A DNA stretch of 64,000 nucleotides from Bacteroidota bacterium. GTDB lineage: Bacteria; Bacteroidota; Bacteroidia; AKYH767-A; 2013-40CM-41-45. Numbering within the stretch: position 1 is the stretch's first letter; each line of letters starts with the position of its first letter. Under the pieces are notes generated by a model. That model was not told where the DNA came from, made no database searches, and saw only the letters and a list, made by a program, of their open reading frames with translations. The stretch spans positions 6,567 through 70,566 of the forward strand of contig JANOVM010000026.1 of NCBI GenBank assembly GCA_031417395.1, given 5' to 3'. The position numbers were made by a program, and so were the translations under genes. Of this stretch, positions 57,400 to 64,000 are shown one piece after another.

Positions 57400-57590
57400 A
57401 TACTGTTTAAGGACTTCAGTATTTTTATCTTTTTTTGAAAAAATCTTGATTCCTTAGTATTGATTTTGCATTTTGATGAATGTTATTTTTTATCCCTTGT
57501 TTTTTAATGAGTACTTTTTTTCAAGTCGGTGAAAAAAAGTATCTAGTTAATTCAAGTAGCTTTTACTACTCTCAAATTCTTTCTTGAAAA

Positions 57591-57625
57591 TCGTTAATCG
57601 TTAATCGTTACTCGTTATTCAACTT
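57591..57625 (+). repeat. TCGTTA(A/C/T) heptamer array
   Basis: Four heptamers ending TCGTTATTCAACTT. Confidence 0.82.
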
Positions 57626-57689
57626 TCATAAATCAACATTCGTTAATCTAAAATCAAAATTTATCAATCCATTCATAAATTTTTACCCA

Positions 57690-58385
57690 TCAATACCCAA
57701 TAACCTTCAAATCAAATCCTCCATCCTCGCTAACTTTTTTCGTTTTCGGATAAATTACCTTCGCTTTGTATTTCCCGCTGCGCACCAATATGCTTGTCCA
57801 TTCCTGGACCGGCAGGGAAGTAACCTCTTTTTCATTTTCGTAAACACGAAAGACAATATCCTTATTAGCAGTTTTTAATTTCAATGAAATTTTCTTTGCC
57901 GTAGGTATATCAAAAGAATATACTTTTTCCTGTCCTTGCTCAAGACTTCCGGAAAAGCCCTGCAATACAATCCCTTCATTATTCATTCCAAAAGGAACTT
58001 TACGAAATAAATAACTTCCGTCTTTATCGCTTATGGTCATTCGGCCTTCTGAAATGGAATCTATTTTATAATCAGCTTTGTATTCTTCATTAAAAGAATT
58101 ATAAATAATTTTTATGGAATCATTTTTATTCAGCTCCCAAAAGCCGCTTACATCTGCAGCAACAAAGTCAACCGTTCCATCCGGCCGGAAGTAGTAGCCT
58201 ATGTTATTCAATGAATTTCCCGAGTCCATGCTCCATAATCCATAAATAAAGCTCTTTATAACTTCTGTTGTATCTGTTTTTGCAGCAGAAGTTTTTTCTT
58301 CTTCCGTTTTTCTTTTTTCTGAACAGGAAAAAATTATCAGGAAGAGGGCGAGTAGGGAAAGGGGGGGGATGTATTTCTTAATCAT
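57690..58385 (-). CDS. Hypothetical lipoprotein
   Basis: Lipobox-like IIFSC after a hydrophobic stretch; 231 aa. Confidence 0.8.
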   Translation of the reverse strand: MIKKYIPPLSLLALFLIIFSCSEKRKTEEEKTSAAKTDTTEVIKSFIYGLWSMDSGNSLNNIGYYFRPDGTVDFVAADVSGFWELNKNDSIKIIYNSFNEEYKADYKIDSISEGRMTISDKDGSYLFRKVPFGMNNEGIVLQGFSGSLEQGQEKVYSFDIPTAKKISLKLKTANKDIVFRVYENEKEVTSLPVQEWTSILVRSGKYKAKVIYPKTKKVSEDGGFDLKVIGY

Positions 58386-58409
58386 AAATTATAAATTAAT
58401 AATCATAAA

Positions 58410-58729
58410 TCGTTAATCGTTAATCTCAATCTGAATTCGTTACTCGTTAGTCGCTAGTCGTTACTCAACTTAAAACCGATCGTTACTCGCTACTCGTTGC
58501 TCTGCTATCGTTACTCAACTTAAAACTAATCGTTAGTCGTTACTCGTTGCTCTGCTATCGTTACTCAACTTAAAACGGATCGTTATTCGTTCTTCCGGAT
58601 TCATTACCAGTGGTTTTTGGAATAATGAGTAAGGAAGAACGATTGGTTTAAGTTGAGTAACGATCAACGATTAACGACTAACGATCAAAGATCAACGATC
58701 TACTAATAACGATCCGATAACTATCGGAT
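58410..58729. repeat. Large TCGTTA-heptamer element with three 50-bp-period units and an inverted arm (MITE/REP-like)
   Basis: TCGTTACTCAACTTAAAAC at 58458, 58508 and 58558; inverted copy at 58646-58663; central hairpin TCGTTCTTCC...GGAAGAACGA; palindrome ATCCGATAACTATCGGAT at 58712-58729. Confidence 0.88.
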
Positions 58730-58745
58730 TTGGATCTTTGGTAAT

Positions 58746-59774
58746 TTAATTAATCCCCATTCTCGCCATTGGGGTTATCTCTTGCCCCGCAAAATCTTTA
58801 TTAAGAAACTTATAGTACCCTACAATTGCAATCATTGCAGCATTATCCGTACAATACTCAAAAGGCGGAATAAAAACCTTGCAGTTTTCTTTCATTCCTA
58901 ATTCAGTAATTGCTTTTCGTAGTCCTCTATTGGCACTTACTCCTCCTGCTATTGCTATTTGTTTAATTCCTGTTTGTTTAATGGCGAGTTGAATTTTTCT
59001 TATTAGAATATTTACAATTGAGTATTGCACGGAAGCACAAATATCGTGAATGTTATTTTCAATGAAATAAGGATCCTTGCCCACATTGTCTCTGATAAAA
59101 TAAAGAATGGAGGTCTTTAATCCGCTAAAACTAAAATCAAGTCCTTCAACAAGTGGTACAGGAAATTTAAATCTTTTTCCATCTCCATTTTCTGCATATT
59201 TGTCAATCAGCGGACCTCCCGGATAGGGAATACTAAGCATCTTTGCCGCTTTATCAAATGCTTCACCGGCAGCATCGTCACGTGTCTGACCGAGGATTGT
59301 CATTTTTAAATGGTCTTCTACCAGAATAATCTGTGTATGTCCACCCGAAACTACAAGACAAAGAAATGGAAAGGAGGGAACCTCTTTTTCTTCATTTTCC
59401 TTTTTAATAAAATGTGCAAGAACGTGGCCCTGCATATGGTTTACTTCTATCAATGGAATTGATAAACCAAGAGAAAGTGCTTTAGCAAAGGATACACCAA
59501 CCAGCAGTGCACCCATCAATCCCGGACCTCTGGTAAAAGCGATTCCACTTAGTTGGTTTTTACTTATATTTGCCTTATTCAGTGCTTCTTCAACAACGGG
59601 AATTATTTTCTGCTGGTGAGCCCTTGATGCTAATTCCGGGACTACGCCTCCGTAATAATTATGTATAAGTCGTTGATCAGCAATAATATTGGATAATTCA
59701 TTCGTATTGGAAAGAACTGATGCTGCAGTCTCATCACAGGAAGATTCTATGCCTAAAATGAATATTTTTTGCAT
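58746..59774 (-). CDS. tsaD: tRNA N6-threonylcarbamoyladenosine synthesis protein TsaD
   Basis: GIESSCDET, GGVVPELASR, HMQGH, GEAFDK, SFSGLKT and TDNAAMIA. Confidence 0.98.
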   Translation of the reverse strand: MQKIFILGIESSCDETAASVLSNTNELSNIIADQRLIHNYYGGVVPELASRAHQQKIIPVVEEALNKANISKNQLSGIAFTRGPGLMGALLVGVSFAKALSLGLSIPLIEVNHMQGHVLAHFIKKENEEKEVPSFPFLCLVVSGGHTQIILVEDHLKMTILGQTRDDAAGEAFDKAAKMLSIPYPGGPLIDKYAENGDGKRFKFPVPLVEGLDFSFSGLKTSILYFIRDNVGKDPYFIENNIHDICASVQYSIVNILIRKIQLAIKQTGIKQIAIAGGVSANRGLRKAITELGMKENCKVFIPPFEYCTDNAAMIAIVGYYKFLNKDFAGQEITPMARMGIN

Positions 59775-59789
59775 GGTATGAAAGTTGAC

Positions 59790-59817
59790 TAAGTTTGTCT
59801 TTTAAACTTCAAAATTA
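59790..59817. promoter_or_regulatory. Closely spaced, oppositely oriented -7 boxes for tsaD and the tamB-like gene
   Basis: TAAGTTTG on + (59790-59797) and TAATTTTG on - (59817-59810). Confidence 0.55.
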
Positions 59818-62800
59818 TTAAAAAAGCGCTTCGCATAACAGCTTGGTTTATTAGCATTTTATTGCTGCTGATAGGACTATTGTTTTTTTCTTTACAAATT
59901 GATGCTGTCCAGACTTTTGTAACAAAACGTTTAGCATCTTATTTATCGGATGAACTAAAGTCTAAGGTATCTATAGATCATATTAGCGTTCGATTTGTCA
60001 GAAGCATTGTTTTGAAAGGGTTTTATGTTGAAGATCGTCATGGTGATACTTTAATATATACGGAAGAACTAAATCTTTTAATAAATGATATCAGTACATC
60101 GAAAAGAAAACTCGATTTGGCTGCCATTGTACTAAAAAACGGGGAATTCAATTTAGTTCAGTACAAAGGGGAGGCACATGACAACCTTAACTTTATTCTC
60201 GATTATTTTTCCTCAAGCGACACTACATCTTCAGGTGCTCCCTGGAAAATTAATATTCGAAAACTTACTCTTGATAATTTCAGTTTTAAAAATGAAATTG
60301 AAGATGATTTGCATTTAGAAAAAGGAGTTGATTTTTCTCATTTACTGGTTAATAATATTCATGGTATATTTTCGGACTTTACAAATGAAAATGATTCTTT
60401 GTATGTAAAAATAAACAAGCTCTCCTTCAAAGAAAAAAGTGGATTTAAAGTAAATGAATTTTCCGCTAAAACAAATTTATCATCAACTGAAATTCGTCTG
60501 AAGGAACTAAAAATTCTCACACCCCATACAGACCTTCATACTGATCTCGTTTTTCGCTTCGATAGTATTCCCTGTTTTGATGAATTTACTTCAAGGGTTA
60601 ACTGGACGACTGACTTTGTAAACACTACAGTATCATTTTCAGATATAGCTTATTTTGCTCCTGAATTAACAGGCCTGGATCGATCTGTTAAGATTAATGG
60701 TTTGTTCAAAGGATCCGTAAATAATTTTAAAGGAAGAAATGTTTCACTGCAATGGGGCAGTCGTTCAGCTTTCCGGGGTAATATTTCTATGCGGGGATTA
60801 CCGATTATTGACGATACCTATGCAGATATTACTGCCGATAAAATAAATACAAACAAAGATGACTTGGAGTGGTTTCCGGTTCCTCCTTTTAACGAAGGTA
60901 AGCACATTGATATTCCCAAAAACCTGGAAACCCTTGGTGAAGTAACCTTTAAAGGAAAGTTTACCGGCTTCTTCAGCGATTTTGTTGCTTATGGAAATAT
61001 CAATACGGCATTGGGTTCAATAAATTCCGATTTGAATTTAAAGTATAATAAAAAAACGAAATCATCAGAATACAGCGGTCATGTTTCCGCGTATAATTTT
61101 GATGCGGGAAAAATAGCACTTCTGGATGATCTGGGCAGAGTTACTTTCAGTCTGAATGTGGAAGGTTCCGGACTTAAATTTGATAATATCAATGCGCAGC
61201 TCGAAGGCAATATTGGAAAATTGGAATATAAAAATTATCCTTACAAAAATCTTGTTGTCAATGGAGAGATTGCTAAGAAACTTTTTAATGGATCGCTTAC
61301 GGTAAAGGAGGAAAATGTCGACTTAAGTTTTAACGGCTCCATTGATTTTAGAAATAAATTACCGGAATTTAATTTCAATGCAGAGGTCAACACTGCCCGC
61401 CTGGATGTTTTAAATCTTTTTAAGACAAAAGAAAATACAATTTTACAGACGTCGATAAATTCTCATTTTAAAGGAATTAAAATGGATGATATCGTCGGCG
61501 GAATAGAAATTAAAAATACCAATTTCACCACTGGAAAAAAACTTTACCACATTAATTCAATTGTTGTTGATGCACAAAAGTCAGATAAAATAAGATCCTT
61601 CGATATTCTTTCAGATAATGTTGATGCACATTTTAACGGCGAATTTGAATTAATGAAATTGGGAGATGCACTCAAAGAGATTTTGCCACATTATCTTCCA
61701 TCTGTTGTAATGCCCCGGAAATCATTTTTCAGCAATCAGAATTTCACATATGATATCAGGATTAAAAACCTGAATGTATTTACAGAAAATGCTTTTCCTT
61801 CCTGGGATTTTGCTCCAAATACAACCTTGAAGGGAAACTTAAATACCGTTGAGAATAATTTATCTCTTAGCATTTCTTCGGAGAAAATTAACTTCGGAAA
61901 ATTTGCTTTTGAAAATTTCTCCATGAATGTTTCCGGTAATAATTCGGAACTAAATCTGAATACAAAAGCGGAACGCATAAGTAGTGATGGAAAAAAGTTA
62001 ATTGATATGCCCCAGTTAACTGCTCATGCAAATAATAATAAGATTGATTACGATTTACAATTGGCTGATCAGGATACACAGTCGACAAGGGCACATTTAA
62101 AAGGCTCCATGAACTTTTTCTCAGCCTCTAATTTTAATTTCAAAATCGATAGTTCTTTACTTGTTATTGAAAATGAACAATGGAAAATTGACAATAATAA
62201 CTTATTAGTTTTTGATACCACTTCAATCACTGTTAATTCTCTTGAATTAAGTAAGGGAAATGAAATAATAAAAATCAATGGTTCCCTTGGAAAAAATCCA
62301 GAAGACAAACTTGGGTTAAATCTCTCCGGATTCAGTCTTGATCATTTGAACACATTTATTAAAAGCAGTAAAACCGTCTTTGGCGGCATTATTAATGGTA
62401 ATGTTTATTTAACCAATGCATATACAAAGCCAAGGCTTGAAACCGACCTCAATATTTCAGATTTGTCCGTTAACGGTGATACACTTGGCAATACTTCCAT
62501 TCGTTCCGATTATGACAGTGATCAGGATTTTGTTCATTCTGAAATCAGCGTTGTAAAAGGCTCTGCAATAATAGTGGATGTTAAAGGCAAATACTATGTA
62601 AAACGCGAAAACGATAATCTGGCTTTTACCATTCGACTAAACAATTTGTATTTACATCCTATAGAACGCTACATTGATGATATCATGACCGACATGCACG
62701 GTAAGGTTTCTGCAGACCTGGAATTAACAGGCTCTTTCCGAAAACCTATATTAAATGGCACCGTTGATCTAAATAAAACAAGTCTTATCGTCAATTACCT

Positions 62801-64000
62801 GAATACACGTTATAGTTTTAGTACTACGGTAAAGGTTAAAGAGAATGAATTTATTATTGATGATTTAAAAATCATCGATGCCAACAATAATCAGGCACTG
62901 GCTAATGGCAAAGTTTATCATAATTATTTTTCCAACTTTAGATTTGATGTTGAATTGCAGGCTAACAAATTCCAGGTTTTAAATACAACAATAAAGGATA
63001 ATTCCCTTTATTACGGATTTGCAAATGCCAGCGGCTATGCTCAATTTAAAGGTCCATTGGATAATATGAATATGGATATTTCCATGAGCCCCGATAAGGG
63101 AACTGTCATTAACATTCCTTTGAACACATATGAAGATCTTAGCAGAAGCAATTTCATAACCTTTATTAATCGTTCACAAAACGATTCGAGCGAACTTGTG
63201 CGCAGTCATGTTGATCTATCGGGAATACGATTAAATATGAACCTTGACATGAACCGAAATGCTTTAATCAATATAATTTTTGATGAGAAAATTGGCGATG
63301 TAATTTCCGGCAGTGGTACGGGTAGTTTAAGGCTTGACATAAATACATCAGGAAACTTCAATATGTATGGAACTTATAACATTGAAAAGGGGGATTATCT
63401 ATTTACACTTCAAAATCTTATAAATAAAAAATTTAACATCGATCCGGGTGGAAGAATTACCTGGGCAGGAGATCCCTACGAAGCAATTATTGATATATCT
63501 GCAGTTTATGTTGTTTATACTTCAACACTTTACAATGTTTTACCGGATGATACCACTTTTAAAAGGCGTGTTCCCGTAGATTGCAGAATTTTTCTATCGA
63601 ATAAATTAATGAACCCAACTATTAATTATGAGATTGCAGTACGAGGATTAGCACCAACGGAAGAAGGACTTGTAAGAACTATTCTTAATTCGGAAGAGCA
63701 ATTAAGCAAGCAAATGTTTGGCTTATTGCTATTCAATCAGTTTTTACCTACAGCAGGAACCGGGCAGTCAATCACACGTCTTAATGCAGGTTCCGGAGCA
63801 GGAGCAAGTGCCAGCGAATTATTAAGTAATCAGGTCAGCAACTGGCTTGGACAAATTTCAAAAGATGTCAATATTGGATTTAACTACCGTTCAGCCGATT
63901 CCTATACCAATGAAGAAGTCAAATTAATTTTTTCTAAATCGCTACTCAACGACAGACTGCTCATAGAAGGAAATGTAGGATATTTAAAGGACCAGACCTA
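59814..64000 (+). CDS. tamB: Translocation/assembly module TamB-family (AsmA-like) protein, 3' end truncated by window edge
   Basis: Not in the ORF track. Long frame from an N-terminal TM anchor (IIKKALRITAWFISILLLLIGLLFFSLQ) to DRLLIEGNVGY at the edge (both ends read in the same frame), with TamB-like IFDEKIGD and WAGDPYEA motifs. The start codon is probably ATT (59814 or 59817). Confidence 0.85.
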   Translation, partial: MIKKALRITAWFISILLLLIGLLFFSLQIDAVQTFVTKRLASYLSDELKSKVSIDHISVRFVRSIVLKGFYVEDRHGDTLIYTEELNLLINDISTSKRKLDLAAIVLKNGEFNLVQYKGEAHDNLNFILDYFSSSDTTSSGAPWKINIRKLTLDNFSFKNEIEDDLHLEKGVDFSHLLVNNIHGIFSDFTNENDSLYVKINKLSFKEKSGFKVNEFSAKTNLSSTEIRLKELKILTPHTDLHTDLVFRFDSIPCFDEFTSRVNWTTDFVNTTVSFSDIAYFAPELTGLDRSVKINGLFKGSVNNFKGRNVSLQWGSRSAFRGNISMRGLPIIDDTYADITADKINTNKDDLEWFPVPPFNEGKHIDIPKNLETLGEVTFKGKFTGFFSDFVAYGNINTALGSINSDLNLKYNKKTKSSEYSGHVSAYNFDAGKIALLDDLGRVTFSLNVEGSGLKFDNINAQLEGNIGKLEYKNYPYKNLVVNGEIAKKLFNGSLTVKEENVDLSFNGSIDFRNKLPEFNFNAEVNTARLDVLNLFKTKENTILQTSINSHFKGIKMDDIVGGIEIKNTNFTTGKKLYHINSIVVDAQKSDKIRSFDILSDNVDAHFNGEFELMKLGDALKEILPHYLPSVVMPRKSFFSNQNFTYDIRIKNLNVFTENAFPSWDFAPNTTLKGNLNTVENNLSLSISSEKINFGKFAFENFSMNVSGNNSELNLNTKAERISSDGKKLIDMPQLTAHANNNKIDYDLQLADQDTQSTRAHLKGSMNFFSASNFNFKIDSSLLVIENEQWKIDNNNLLVFDTTSITVNSLELSKGNEIIKINGSLGKNPEDKLGLNLSGFSLDHLNTFIKSSKTVFGGIINGNVYLTNAYTKPRLETDLNISDLSVNGDTLGNTSIRSDYDSDQDFVHSEISVVKGSAIIVDVKGKYYVKRENDNLAFTIRLNNLYLHPIERYIDDIMTDMHGKVSADLELTGSFRKPILNGTVDLNKTSLIVNYLNTRYSFSTTVKVKENEFIIDDLKIIDANNNQALANGKVYHNYFSNFRFDVELQANKFQVLNTTIKDNSLYYGFANASGYAQFKGPLDNMNMDISMSPDKGTVINIPLNTYEDLSRSNFITFINRSQNDSSELVRSHVDLSGIRLNMNLDMNRNALINIIFDEKIGDVISGSGTGSLRLDINTSGNFNMYGTYNIEKGDYLFTLQNLINKKFNIDPGGRITWAGDPYEAIIDISAVYVVYTSTLYNVLPDDTTFKRRVPVDCRIFLSNKLMNPTINYEIAVRGLAPTEEGLVRTILNSEEQLSKQMFGLLLFNQFLPTAGTGQSITRLNAGSGAGASASELLSNQVSNWLGQISKDVNIGFNYRSADSYTNEEVKLIFSKSLLNDRLLIEGNVGYLKDQT

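Noticed and set aside
58458-58576. CRISPR interpretation of the 19-bp repeats at a 50-bp period
   Set aside because: The intervening sequences are themselves near-identical heptamer repeats, not unique spacers.
1215-62308. The many 60-190 aa ORFs antisense to or nested within long genes (e.g. 13787-14347, 15504-15842, 33301-33672, 44842-45168, 61736-62308)
   Set aside because: They overlap well-supported genes, have no recognisable motifs, and look like codon-bias shadows.

Overview
AT-rich (roughly 35% GC) chromosomal window from a Bacteroidota bacterium, judged from type IX secretion C-terminal domains, TAnnTTTG -7 promoter boxes and A-rich translation starts. From about 13.3 kb to 64 kb it is mostly housekeeping: mnmE, sucD, sucC, fabG, two tRNA-Leu, mgtE, agmatinase, accC, suhB-like, lgt-like, mtaB, rhomboids, mutL, msrA, an RND efflux trio, peptidases, tsaD and a partial TamB-family gene. 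From about 1.3 to 13.3 kb, directly downstream of mnmE, lies an accessory, defence-like island with no integrase. It holds a DUF4062-ATPase-HTH gene, a type IIG restriction-modification gene, two paralogous unknown membrane proteins, an orphan gene, a HEPN gene with a small partner, a frameshifted AAA+DUF4143 gene and a Fic gene. The island carries degenerate copies of the mnmE 3' end and gene-specific palindromic operator arrays, which suggests repeated cassette accretion at mnmE. Intergenic regions hold several unrelated 7-8 bp tandem-repeat families arranged as inverted arrays, a REP-associated tyrosine transposase with REPs and a captured gene fragment, and a consistent G-rich-before / C-rich-after composition bias around these sites. 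All calls are from manual reading and remembered family motifs; no database search was run.
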